Source: a virus
Taxonomy: Duplodnaviria > Caudoviricetes
Virus record (IMG/VR): IMGVR_UViG_3300020047_007062
Coordinates: 1-64,000 of that record
DNA: 64,000 bases
Direction: 5' to 3' (one strand)
The notes beneath the pieces are model-generated. The model worked only from the letters and a program-made list of their open reading frames with translations, did no database searches and was not told where the DNA came from. The position numbers were made by a program, and so were the translations under genes. Positions 46,593-55,445 of this stretch are shown here, piece after piece. Position 1 is the first letter of the stretch; every line of letters begins with the position of its first letter.

Positions 46593-46840
46593 ACGCGGCG
46601 GATTACAAAGTAGTTTTCCCCCGTCTCGTCCACTATGGCCTTGATGCTGATCTTGATGTCGAGGCCCGTCAGTTTGTTGTAACGGCGGAGGGCGCTGTAC
46701 ACCTTCTGACGTACCTTTTCCTTGTTCTTGGTGTCATAGGTAGCCACGGCGTAATGGTCGGGGTCTGTCATGGCCCCGAAGTTAATGATGAGGTCGTCAA
46801 TGGGTGTCTTCCCCTTGCGTATCTCAAGTTGTGTGGCCAT
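46589..46840 (-). CDS. Small basic hypothetical protein
   Basis: In-operon ORF. Confidence 0.65.
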   Translation of the reverse strand: MATQLEIRKGKTPIDDLIINFGAMTDPDHYAVATYDTKNKEKVRQKVYSALRRYNKLTGLDIKISIKAIVDETGENYFVIRRV

Positions 46841-47057
46841 GAATATCCTCCTTTTTTATGATGTGGTAACGGGCCGTGTCGGTCATTACCTTACTCCCTG
46901 ACCTCGGTTGGAATAGGATGGGTTGGTTGAGTTCCACTTCCGTCACGTCATCCCCGATGGTGATTACTATCCCACGTAGTACGGTGCGGCTTGTTTTCTC
47001 CGCATAAATGTCGTCATAGAGGACAACGATGTGGTCGGGGGCGGGAACTATTGTCAT
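46824..47057 (-). CDS. groES: Co-chaperonin GroES (minimal)
   Basis: PAPDHIVV, GIVITIGDDV, YHIIKKEDIHG; coupled to groEL. Confidence 0.75.
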   Translation of the reverse strand: MTIVPAPDHIVVLYDDIYAEKTSRTVLRGIVITIGDDVTEVELNQPILFQPRSGSKVMTDTARYHIIKKEDIHGHTT

Positions 47058-48613
47058 ATCGCCTCTGAATTGCTTAGGAATGTACCCGTCATGGCGAGGT
47101 GTACCCCCGCTGTCACCGCGTTGGTTACCGCTTCCCTCAACACCTTCGAGGGGTCATAAATGCCTTCTTCCTCGTACTTGGCCCTCAGCGCGGTCACGTC
47201 CCCGTCACCCTTGATCTTAATCAATGGTTGGATGAGGGCCGCCGCGAGGATATTCTCCCCCACCGTTTTTGGTTCATTGAGGCAGTCGGCATAGCCGATA
47301 CCACCACCAATCACATACCCTTCCTCGATGGCACATTGTACCGCTTTGATGGCGTCATCCACCCTGTCGAACTTCTCCCCCGCTTCCGTTTGGGAATTGG
47401 CCCCGATCTTCACCACGGCAACACCCACGGTCAGGCGGGCAACCCTCTCTTTGAGGCGGGCCTTCCGTTCAATGTCCGTCTCTACTTCGTAAGCCGCTTG
47501 GAGTTCGGCGATGCGGTCGGTTAGTTTCTGATTGGGGTTAAATTGGAATATGGCGTGGTCTTTTGTGACCGTCACCTTCTTGATGTTACCCAAATAGGAT
47601 GCCCCCGATGCGTCCACGGTTCGGCCCGACTTGGTTCCAAACACAACGGTATCACAAGCATGGGCAATGTCCTCCAACACTTCCGCATTACCCTCCCCAC
47701 ACTCGATAGCCACGATGGGCGCCCCCTTCTCTGCCTTAGTCATCCTCCATTGGTTGTTATTCCCGATGAGGGCCGCAGGGGTATTCCCGTTAATGACGGG
47801 TGCTATGTACAGGATTGGGACGATCATCTTCTTTGAGATGTCAACCCGCGAACGGGAAATGAGTTTCTCAATCCCCTCGCTGTACGAAACGGTATCCCCA
47901 TGTATGCAGACGAGGGCTTGTTCGTATTCTGCCACGCCCCGCGAGGGGTCAGTAATCATGGATGGGTCGAGGAATCCCCACGGCATACGGGCGCCATTAA
48001 CCACTTCGAGGCACGTTTTATCCCCGTACTCCGCCATGACGTGTCCACGGTATTCTACGGCCTTGTATGCGTCCACAATGAGGGATGCAAGCTCCTTGTC
48101 CCCATTGGTTGACACGACTGCCACCTTCATAAGGTCATCCCCTTCGAGATCAACGGGTTTTGATAATTCCGACAAATTCTTTTTGAATACTTCCAATGCG
48201 CCGAAGATGCCGCGCTTGAGTTCCGAACCGCTCATTACATACTCAGGCCTCTCAACGGACGGGTGCTTACCCATTGCGATGAGGCATTGTTCGTAGATGT
48301 AGGCGGCCATTATGACCGTTGAGGTAGTCCCGTCCCCCGCCTTGCGGAGGGTTTGCATGGATGCCTCGCGTATGATTTCCACCCCGATGGCTTGTCCCGC
48401 CGTTTCGCCCTTGACGAACTTAGCGACGGTAACACCGTCTTTGGTAAGCATGGTCACATGGCCATTGGCCCCACGGGGGTCAGCGATGCGGATTGCCACG
48501 AGTTCCCCACGGGGGCCGAGGGTAGAACCGACGTGGTTATTGATTAGGTTAACTCCCGCGAGGATTTCCGAAACGGCTTCCCCACCTGTTTTCTGACGGT
48601 AAATGATTGGCAT
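47054..48613 (-). CDS. groEL: Phage-encoded chaperonin GroEL
   Basis: TLGPRG, TKDGVTVA, AGDGTTS, GVAVVKIGA, DRVDDA..AIEEG..GGG, GIYDP; no GGM tail. Confidence 0.95.
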   Translation of the reverse strand: MPIIYRQKTGGEAVSEILAGVNLINNHVGSTLGPRGELVAIRIADPRGANGHVTMLTKDGVTVAKFVKGETAGQAIGVEIIREASMQTLRKAGDGTTSTVIMAAYIYEQCLIAMGKHPSVERPEYVMSGSELKRGIFGALEVFKKNLSELSKPVDLEGDDLMKVAVVSTNGDKELASLIVDAYKAVEYRGHVMAEYGDKTCLEVVNGARMPWGFLDPSMITDPSRGVAEYEQALVCIHGDTVSYSEGIEKLISRSRVDISKKMIVPILYIAPVINGNTPAALIGNNNQWRMTKAEKGAPIVAIECGEGNAEVLEDIAHACDTVVFGTKSGRTVDASGASYLGNIKKVTVTKDHAIFQFNPNQKLTDRIAELQAAYEVETDIERKARLKERVARLTVGVAVVKIGANSQTEAGEKFDRVDDAIKAVQCAIEEGYVIGGGIGYADCLNEPKTVGENILAAALIQPLIKIKGDGDVTALRAKYEEEGIYDPSKVLREAVTNAVTAGVHLAMTGTFLSNSEAI

Positions 48614-48626
48614 AATTTGTTTTTGG

Positions 48627-48658
48627 CAAATTTACGCCTGTTTTTGTCATTTTGCAAA
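48627..48658 (-). promoter_or_regulatory. Promoter of the groEL-terL operon
   Basis: TTTG-N20-TAAATTTG. Confidence 0.75.
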
Positions 48659-48703
48659 TTTTAACTACCGCAATTTATTAGATGATATGGATGAATAAAT
48701 AAA

Positions 48704-48774
48704 CGCAAGTGTTATTTTGGTGATTATTAGGTTTTTGACTTTGTGAAGTTGCGCCTATCTGCGAGTTATACGCA
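48704..48774 (-). other. Truncated attC-like element, family A, copy 1
   Basis: Shares cgcaagtgtta and a 23/29 box with 54325-54395 at identical spacing. Confidence 0.6.
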
Positions 48775-48978
48775 ATTTGGAAACCGTTCCACAAATGCTT
48801 TCAGTATCTTAGGTAAATCAATTTCATAAATCATTGTGTACTCTTGTTCACCTTGTTCTTTTTGAAACTTCTGTGTTTTCCACCATTTCCATATTTCAAC
48901 ATTATCAGGAAAACTGCGTATAACATCGGTTTTGTGCAATGCCGAGTTCTGTGCTTCATTCAAATTTTGTTCTTTCAT
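48766..48978 (-). CDS. Small AT-rich gene in an attC-like cassette
   Basis: Starts inside the upstream hairpin loop; stop codon lies in the TGCGTATAAC core. Confidence 0.6.
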   Translation of the reverse strand: MKEQNLNEAQNSALHKTDVIRSFPDNVEIWKWWKTQKFQKEQGEQEYTMIYEIDLPKILKAFVERFPNCV

Positions 48979-49049
48979 TTTACTTTAGTTTTAAATTAAA
49001 CATTTGTGCATTTTAATTCGGCACTGCACAAAGCCGAGAACCGTTACCC
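48915..49049 (-). other. Complete attC-like palindrome
   Basis: AAC/GTT box, asymmetric unpaired spacer, 23-bp stem, AT-rich loop. Confidence 0.65.
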
Positions 49050-49520
49050 AATTACCCAAAATACCACATACATCATTACGGCAAGCCCGAAGAAGGTTAC
49101 CCTCCCGCCAACCGACAAATCCCACATGGCTGTCCCCTGTCCACTCGGTTCCGACCACCATCCCCTCCTATAAACCATAGGATTTAACCAATTCCTGAAT
49201 GTGTACAACATCCCATCGTGGAAGAAGGGGAACGACAATATCGCAAACACCCCATGCCACAACATCCAATCGGGGAAAAAGAGGACAGCCCAAACAAGTC
49301 CCCTCGTGGCCATAAACCATGTGTGTTCATTGGTGACACAATCAACAAACCAATTACTGCCCTCCCACAACCCCGCCCAATGGTCAGCCGCCTTCCCTTC
49401 GGGGGATTGCGTTAGGTTACGGGAATGGGGATTGTATAGTTTGTGGTATAGGATGGCCTCCGCGATGGCTGATACCAACGCGAATAGGATAAAGATGAAT
49501 ATTTTGTACTCCCCGATCAT
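49044..49520 (-). CDS. Multi-TM membrane protein
   Basis: Hydrophobic, Trp-rich; stop TAA within the GGGTAAC box. Confidence 0.7.
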   Translation of the reverse strand: MIGEYKIFIFILFALVSAIAEAILYHKLYNPHSRNLTQSPEGKAADHWAGLWEGSNWFVDCVTNEHTWFMATRGLVWAVLFFPDWMLWHGVFAILSFPFFHDGMLYTFRNWLNPMVYRRGWWSEPSGQGTAMWDLSVGGRVTFFGLAVMMYVVFWVIG

Positions 49521-49804
49521 TTCCTTCGTTTTTGGTCTGCATAATCCGTTTCAATCCCCCTCTTGTACCTTCGGTACGCGGCTGATCCCCACCACCATAT
49601 CACTTGCGGTATAAACCACGAACAACCAACAACCACCCTCTCGGCCACGCTGTTGGTGAAATACCATGAACCATCCATTGATACGTGGATGCCCATGATA
49701 ATACCCGCCGTGAGGAATGTGGATACCCCTATGAAGGCCCAAATGAGGATTGTGTAGTTGTTTCGCCTGAAATATTCGGCTTTGGATATGGGTGTCTGTT
49801 TCAT
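49517..49804 (-). CDS. Two-TM membrane protein
   Basis: Two hydrophobic helices; ATGA coupling. Confidence 0.65.
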   Translation of the reverse strand: MKQTPISKAEYFRRNNYTILIWAFIGVSTFLTAGIIMGIHVSMDGSWYFTNSVAERVVVGCSWFIPQVIWWWGSAAYRRYKRGIETDYADQKRRK

Positions 49805-49983
49805 CAACTTAGGAATATGAATTGGTGTGGATTACTGAACCAATGGGAACCCTTGTAGAATATCTCCATCTTCATAAACGGGATTTCCATAAGCCTCCCG
49901 TGGGGGTATCGGTACACCGTGTAGTATGGGATGCACTCAACGTAGAGATAATATGACTTAGGCAGTTCCAAGTGTTGGCTCAT
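49804..49983 (-). CDS. Small hypothetical protein (59 aa)
   Basis: MSQHLELPKSYY..; stop/start overlap with the next gene. Confidence 0.5.
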   Translation of the reverse strand: MSQHLELPKSYYLYVECIPYYTVYRYPHGRLMEIPFMKMEIFYKGSHWFSNPHQFIFLS

Positions 49984-50006
49984 GGCGCGGGGCTAAGATA
50001 TGGGTT

Positions 50007-50522
50007 TCACTCTTTTCGTTTGAAGTATTTGTGGATTGTCTCAAGTGTAAATTCATGGCGTTCAGCAAAGTCATTAATCACGACAATTAGCGATCCGTAA
50101 TCTTCCATTACGCGGTATTCTTTATTAACCGTTAATGCCGATTTTCCTTCATGGGTTCCAATAGTTTCAATCACACACGGGTCAATCGCAATCAGAACAT
50201 CCCCCTCTTTTGGCATGAATGGTTCGGGCGTGGGGCCGTCCTTTGCCTTTTGAATGTAGTCAAGCGCAGCCTGTTTAGCCTCGTAAAATACACCTTTGGG
50301 TTCGGTATCACTTTCCTGGGGTCGGGAAGGTGATGGTTCGGTATCCTTTTCGGGACGTATTATTTGAAGTTCTGATTCTACTATGTATTGATTTGCCGCC
50401 CACAATACCTTGTCATACGCCTCGTCAAGGCTAATTAGCATTATCGGGGATTCACCATCCCCATTGCACCGTTCCCAATCACGATGGAACTTGACAAGGT
50501 AAATCGCTTGTTGTAGTGTCAT
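50007..50522 (-). CDS. Hypothetical protein
   Basis: 171-aa mosaic ORF. Confidence 0.65.
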   Translation of the reverse strand: MTLQQAIYLVKFHRDWERCNGDGESPIMLISLDEAYDKVLWAANQYIVESELQIIRPEKDTEPSPSRPQESDTEPKGVFYEAKQAALDYIQKAKDGPTPEPFMPKEGDVLIAIDPCVIETIGTHEGKSALTVNKEYRVMEDYGSLIVVINDFAERHEFTLETIHKYFKRKE

Positions 50523-50881
50523 TTCCCACCTCCCTTCTTAACAACCTTCCCCGTCAGGTCAACGTATTGTGTATTGTACCACCTTTCAAACGGATAAAGA
50601 ATAGACTTATTGCTGCGCTTAGAATCTGTTAGACAGTTAAATTGTGCACTCAGATTCTTCTTCACATTCTTCGCACTGGTCAGCACTTCCGACGTTGACA
50701 ACACCTCCCCGTTCTTGCCGATAAGCACCACGCGGAAGCCTGTCATTTTACCTTTGATTTTGGCCGGACGAATCTCAATCCGTTGGCCCTTCTTTTTTGT
50801 GTTTTTTGCCATCTCTTTTTTTCGCAAATATTCGTCAATACCCAACCTCGCCCCACCTCCATTAACATATTTTGGGGCCAC
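50519..50881 (-). CDS. Basic protein with YegP/DUF1508-like region
   Basis: FRVVLIGKNGEVLSTSEVLTS..N motif; start uncertain (possibly MAKNT). Confidence 0.5.
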   Translation of the reverse strand: MAPKYVNGGGARLGIDEYLRKKEMAKNTKKKGQRIEIRPAKIKGKMTGFRVVLIGKNGEVLSTSEVLTSAKNVKKNLSAQFNCLTDSKRSNKSILYPFERWYNTQYVDLTGKVVKKGGGK

Positions 50882-50908
50882 CGCCTAAAATGCCTTTATT
50901 TTGCACTC

Positions 50909-52948
50909 ATGGATTTCCGTACCGTCACGGTCACAACAATCACCAAAGATTCCACGTCGGGGATAATAACATTCAGCACCCCCATCTCCGCAAACCCCGA
51001 ACGGAACGGGATAGCCTTCGCCTGCAAACCCACCGATTACATCGGCCTTGACGACCAACGCCAATACATCGAGGTATCCAACGGGTACAGGGGTATCAAA
51101 TTCTCCGTCCACAACGAGATCACCATCACGGGTGACCCCGCCTCCCCCTACGCGGAGGTCGGGGAGGACTACACCTCCGAGGACTATAAGGATAAGATAG
51201 GGGACATCTACCAATACCTCGTGACATCAGTTGCCGAGGGTTGTTGTTGCCCCGAAATAGTCACCATTGGAAACGTGGTCATGGTAGATACCTATGCCGA
51301 ACTCCCATCCACGGGAATAGCAGGAACATTGTACGTGGTTCTGACGGGTGACGAGGAGGGGACATACTATTGGGACACATCACTATCAACTCCCGATTAC
51401 CTCCCATTTTTCAATGACGTTTTAATGTATGACACCTACGCCGACTTCCCCCCAACGGGAACGGCGGGTAAACTGTATCTTGATAAAGATCAATATTCCA
51501 ATGCTGCATCCCGTCTCTATTGGTGGGATGACGAGGCATCCACGCCTGACTACGTTCCCGTAACCGCTGACGACCCGTCCAAATTACCATTGGCGGGGGG
51601 TTCCATGAGTGGCCCGATCAATGAGTTTCAGGGGGCTAACATTGCGTCGGCAGGGACAACAGACATAGGCGCAGCAACGGGCAACCTTATATACGTAACG
51701 GGAACCACGACCATCACGGCGCTCGGAACCATCCAAGCGGGGACAGAGAGGGTTGTCATTTTCACAGGTATCCTGACCCTGACGTATAACGCCGTTTCGT
51801 TGCTTTTGCCGGGCGCAGCCAACATAACCACGGCGGCAAATGACATAGCCACCTTCCGTTCCCTCGGTTCGGGGAATTGGATATGCACATCGTATCAGAG
51901 GGCAAATGGTACGGCTGTTGTCGGCCCCTACCTACCATTAGCGGGCGGCTCCATGACGGGAGCAATTAACGAGGCACAGGGAGCCAATATCGCATCATCG
52001 GGGACGACGGATATAGGGGCGGCAACGGGTAATTATGTAACCATAACGGGGACGACCACTATTACCTCTTTTGGAACCGTCCAAGCGGGGACGCAGAGGG
52101 TGCTTGCTTTTACTGGTGTCCTAACGCTAACCCACAGCCTTGCGATCAGACTTCCAACTAACGCCGATATTGACACGGTAGCAGGTGACTATTGTTGTAT
52201 GATGTCGTTAGGGTCAGGCGATTGGGTATGTCTTTGGTACAAAAGAGCCAAGGGGCATATTTTCACTCCTGACATTAACATGAACGGGACTGACTCACTT
52301 GATACAACTCAAATACAGTTTGCCCCCACAACGTCCGACGTTTCGCAATTTAATATGATAACAGGGACCGACGTTACCGCCCCTGTGGATGGTGACGTAT
52401 TTGCGTCCACCCAAAATACAATAGCCAATCAAATTTCGGGAACTACCCTCCATGTAGTTGAGGGATTCGATACACAAACCGCATCGGTAACGGTCAACAC
52501 AACTGCCGCCGAAACAACTCTTTTAACGGGGATCGGCGACTTTGGCGCCAACTTCTTCACAGCGGGGAAAACACTTAACATATTTGCATCAGGCAGGATT
52601 ACCAATACGGGAACGCCAACCATCAGGATTCGTTTCTACCTTGATGCCGTGGCCCACATAGACACCACCGCCGTAACTATGGGAACCATATCAGGGACAG
52701 GACTATGGATATTTCAGGGGTGGGTCACATGCAGGTCAACGGGCGCGGGGGGAACCGCTGCCGCACAAGGCATATTCAACTATTGGGCATCCACATCGTC
52801 CCAACGTACCGCTTCTTCACCAATGACCCCCACCTCCGCCATTGACACAACCGTAGCTCTTACTCCCAACCTAACCGTGACGTGGGGTACGTCAAGTTTA
52901 TCCAATAGCATTACTTGTGACATCTTTGAAATATTTATCGTGAAATAA
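50909..52948 (+). CDS. Tail fibre-like structural protein with internal duplications
   Basis: Gly/Thr/Ala-rich; two 116-aa IAS.GTTDIGAATG repeats and two short TYA..P.TG repeats. Confidence 0.65.
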   Translation: MDFRTVTVTTITKDSTSGIITFSTPISANPERNGIAFACKPTDYIGLDDQRQYIEVSNGYRGIKFSVHNEITITGDPASPYAEVGEDYTSEDYKDKIGDIYQYLVTSVAEGCCCPEIVTIGNVVMVDTYAELPSTGIAGTLYVVLTGDEEGTYYWDTSLSTPDYLPFFNDVLMYDTYADFPPTGTAGKLYLDKDQYSNAASRLYWWDDEASTPDYVPVTADDPSKLPLAGGSMSGPINEFQGANIASAGTTDIGAATGNLIYVTGTTTITALGTIQAGTERVVIFTGILTLTYNAVSLLLPGAANITTAANDIATFRSLGSGNWICTSYQRANGTAVVGPYLPLAGGSMTGAINEAQGANIASSGTTDIGAATGNYVTITGTTTITSFGTVQAGTQRVLAFTGVLTLTHSLAIRLPTNADIDTVAGDYCCMMSLGSGDWVCLWYKRAKGHIFTPDINMNGTDSLDTTQIQFAPTTSDVSQFNMITGTDVTAPVDGDVFASTQNTIANQISGTTLHVVEGFDTQTASVTVNTTAAETTLLTGIGDFGANFFTAGKTLNIFASGRITNTGTPTIRIRFYLDAVAHIDTTAVTMGTISGTGLWIFQGWVTCRSTGAGGTAAAQGIFNYWASTSSQRTASSPMTPTSAIDTTVALTPNLTVTWGTSSLSNSITCDIFEIFIVK

Positions 52949-53748
52949 TGCCCGTCTATACAGTCACTAAAATAGTTCATAAAGCAAATGGGGACAAGGA
53001 GTTCTACAATGTAGATGCCCTCCAAGCAACCTGTCAAAGCATTGACGCGGAAGAAGTTTCAGGAACCGTTCACACCCTCACCACAAACACGGGGGAGATT
53101 ATTTATGACATCGTAAATCTCGAATGTGTGCTTGTAGAACCATCGGGGACAAATAACGGATGGGTACAATGTTTCCAAGGGGGTGTCCCTGTCAATAATG
53201 ACTATTGGGTTAACACAAACCTATCCAATTCCTCACAGGTGCAATCCAATACCAACAGTTGGATAAAACTTGCGGTTGACTACACGTTAAACTCCGTCAA
53301 TACCGAACAAAAGCTATTTAACACAACGCCCAATGGCGCACTTACCCTCCCCACGGGAACATACTTGTTTGAGGCTATTATCTACGTAACAACCCTATCT
53401 TCCACGTCGGGGAACTTTTCGTTTGACCCCATCGGGGGAGGGACGGCGGTTGGCGCCTCCTTTTTGTACTATACCGTTGGGGTTGATAACAATACACCCA
53501 CCAATGCAGCAACCCAAACGGGTTCCTTTTCTGCCACTCAACAAACGGTTGCCTCCGCTGTGGCCGCAGGGGCAGGAACCGCCGCAGGAATGAAGATAAG
53601 TGGGACATTTAGGATCACCACAGCGGGAACCATTATCCCATCCATTACCCTTGTGACGGCCAACGCAGGGGTTGTCAAGGCGGGGACGTACTTCTCTGTT
53701 ACCCGTATTGCCGAACACAACGTTAATAGCGTTGGTGCATGGACATAG
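52948..53748 (+). CDS. Fibre / structural protein with beta-sandwich C-terminus
   Basis: Thr/Gly-rich; GTYLFEA..GTYFSVTRI pattern. Confidence 0.55.
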   Translation: MPVYTVTKIVHKANGDKEFYNVDALQATCQSIDAEEVSGTVHTLTTNTGEIIYDIVNLECVLVEPSGTNNGWVQCFQGGVPVNNDYWVNTNLSNSSQVQSNTNSWIKLAVDYTLNSVNTEQKLFNTTPNGALTLPTGTYLFEAIIYVTTLSSTSGNFSFDPIGGGTAVGASFLYYTVGVDNNTPTNAATQTGSFSATQQTVASAVAAGAGTAAGMKISGTFRITTAGTIIPSITLVTANAGVVKAGTYFSVTRIAEHNVNSVGAWT

Positions 53749-53763
53749 TAAATAATACACCCT

Positions 53764-54315
53764 ATGATAACTGACGTTAAAGTTCACTTTTTCAACGAGC
53801 CACAAGACATGCACGCCATCCTCGATAACGCCTGCACGGTTCAGTACGACAACGGTATCTACACCCAAATTGCCCCCTCGGACACCGCCTTCGCCTATGA
53901 ATGGTACAACGTTCAGGTTGATACCACCACGGGGGCGCCCACCTTCATCCCATTGGGGAATACCTATAACCTGAACCTGAATGGGGACGGGGTTAAGGCA
54001 GCCATCGGGGGGAACGGGGAGAAGTTGGTTGCCTTGAAGGTCAAGCACAAGGAAACGGGCTTTACATGGGCGATCAAGATACCGACTTTGGTCAACCTAT
54101 CGGATTGGCAGGAAGACGGGTTTACGGTGTGGCCCATGCCGCAGCCGGGCATTTTGTCGTTTACCGATTGGATGAACCAATATGTACAACAAGCCAACTT
54201 CACGAGGCACATAAGGGGCGCTCACTTCATTGGGGGCAAGCGGGGGGACTTGAATGTGGATGGGTTAAACAATACTGCCGACCTGTTATTGCTAATGGCG
54301 GATTTCGGGCAGTAG
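53764..54315 (+). CDS. Protein with a C-terminal dockerin/EF-hand-like Ca-binding motif
   Basis: GDLNVDGLNNTADLLLL. Confidence 0.6.
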   Translation: MITDVKVHFFNEPQDMHAILDNACTVQYDNGIYTQIAPSDTAFAYEWYNVQVDTTTGAPTFIPLGNTYNLNLNGDGVKAAIGGNGEKLVALKVKHKETGFTWAIKIPTLVNLSDWQEDGFTVWPMPQPGILSFTDWMNQYVQQANFTRHIRGAHFIGGKRGDLNVDGLNNTADLLLLMADFGQ

Positions 54316-54395
54316 GTGGATAGGCGCAAGTGTTAGTGTATTGATTTACAGTTGTTTTGTCATATTAAGTTGCGTGTATCCGCGAGTTGTGTGCA
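54316..54395 (-). other. Truncated attC-like element, family A, copy 2
   Basis: ggataggcgcaa/ttgcgtgtatcc arms; core GTTGTGTGCA at 54386-54395. Confidence 0.6.
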
Positions 54396-54398
54396 AGG

Positions 54399-54614
54399 CT
54401 ACTTGTCCTTACTTTCAAGTGGTCGGACGGGAATTGATTTACTTTTCATAACACCATCCCAATCACCCCATTCAACACCTCCACGATATTCAATAAAAAG
54501 ACTACCATCTTCATCTACTCTGCCAATTTTTTCTACAATATGTTTAGCAAACATTTCTTTTAGCTGTTCAACTTGGTAATCAGAAAATACCCTTAAAGTA
54601 ATTTGGTTTGCCAT
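54399..54614 (-). CDS. Small AT-rich gene in an attC-like cassette
   Basis: Lone minus-strand gene bracketed by complementary 10-bp cores. Confidence 0.6.
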   Translation of the reverse strand: MANQITLRVFSDYQVEQLKEMFAKHIVEKIGRVDEDGSLFIEYRGGVEWGDWDGVMKSKSIPVRPLESKDK

Positions 54615-54635
54615 CTTATTTTATTTTACACGCCC

Positions 54636-54773
54636 TGCACACAACAAAAGGCTTGCTGCAAGTAGGGCTTGACGTTAATAATTTGGCAGACGAATAATTT
54701 GTGAACTTATGTTCCTTGCTCGGCGGTAGTGCTGCCAATTCCCTACCTGCAAAGCAAGCCCCGAACGTTACGA
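54636..54773. other. Complete attC-like palindrome with extrahelical bases
   Basis: AAC(54643-45)/GTT(54767-69), 4/6-nt spacer, 18-bp stem with 2 bulged bases. Confidence 0.7.
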
Positions 54774-54878
54774 TCAATATCTTTATGTCCCGCAAATATT
54801 TAGTTGGGTTGGGGCTGATCGGTTCACAATTAACGTCTTTTGGGTTTTCTGACTACTTGCAAACATTTTCTTTGCATC

Positions 54879-55277
54879 ATGCCAATAGATTACAAGAAAT
54901 ACCCCGCTAATTGGAAGTCAGAAATCAGACCGGCTATCCTAAAGAGGGCCATGTATTGTTGTGAGTTCTGTAATGTGCCTAATCACAAATATATTTTACG
55001 AGGCACTTGGAACGGTATAGAGTGCTACCAAGATGATGATGGTTCCATTTACGACGCCTCAACAAGTGAGAGGATAGGGGATGATTACGTTGGCGAGGTA
55101 CACCCAACAAACAAATTCATTCAGGTAGTTTTGACTATCGCCCACCTTGACCACAACGTTGAGAATAATGATTTTAACAACTTGAAGGCGCTGTGTCAGC
55201 GATGCCATAATCGGCACGATGTTCATTTCAGAAAGGCCAACAGGGACAGGAATAAAGGCACTATATCCATGTTTTAA
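54879..55277 (+). CDS. HNH-family endonuclease
   Basis: CEFC..VLTIAHLDH..NLKALCQRCHNRHD. Confidence 0.8.
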   Translation: MPIDYKKYPANWKSEIRPAILKRAMYCCEFCNVPNHKYILRGTWNGIECYQDDDGSIYDASTSERIGDDYVGEVHPTNKFIQVVLTIAHLDHNVENNDFNNLKALCQRCHNRHDVHFRKANRDRNKGTISMF

Positions 55278-55445
55278 CAAAGATTTTCTTTGCACGGATG
55301 AAACATTTGTCATTCATTTGCGGAATGGCAAATTCATTTTTTCGATCACCAAAATATTTTCACACGTATTGGACGGCTGTGGCCGGAAAGATGGGTTTGC
55401 CAAAACTATGCTTTTGTCCCTTAGCTGTCCTACGTGTGAATTTTA

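Noticed and set aside
53395-54048. 217-aa minus-strand ORF and similar long antisense ORFs within structural genes (e.g. 38497-39147, 43301-43861, 47631-48296)
   Set aside because: Shadow frames of well-supported genes on the opposite strand
54701-54910. ORF reading through the attC-like hairpin
   Set aside because: TTG/GTG-type start inside the palindrome and overlaps the HNH start; probably not a gene
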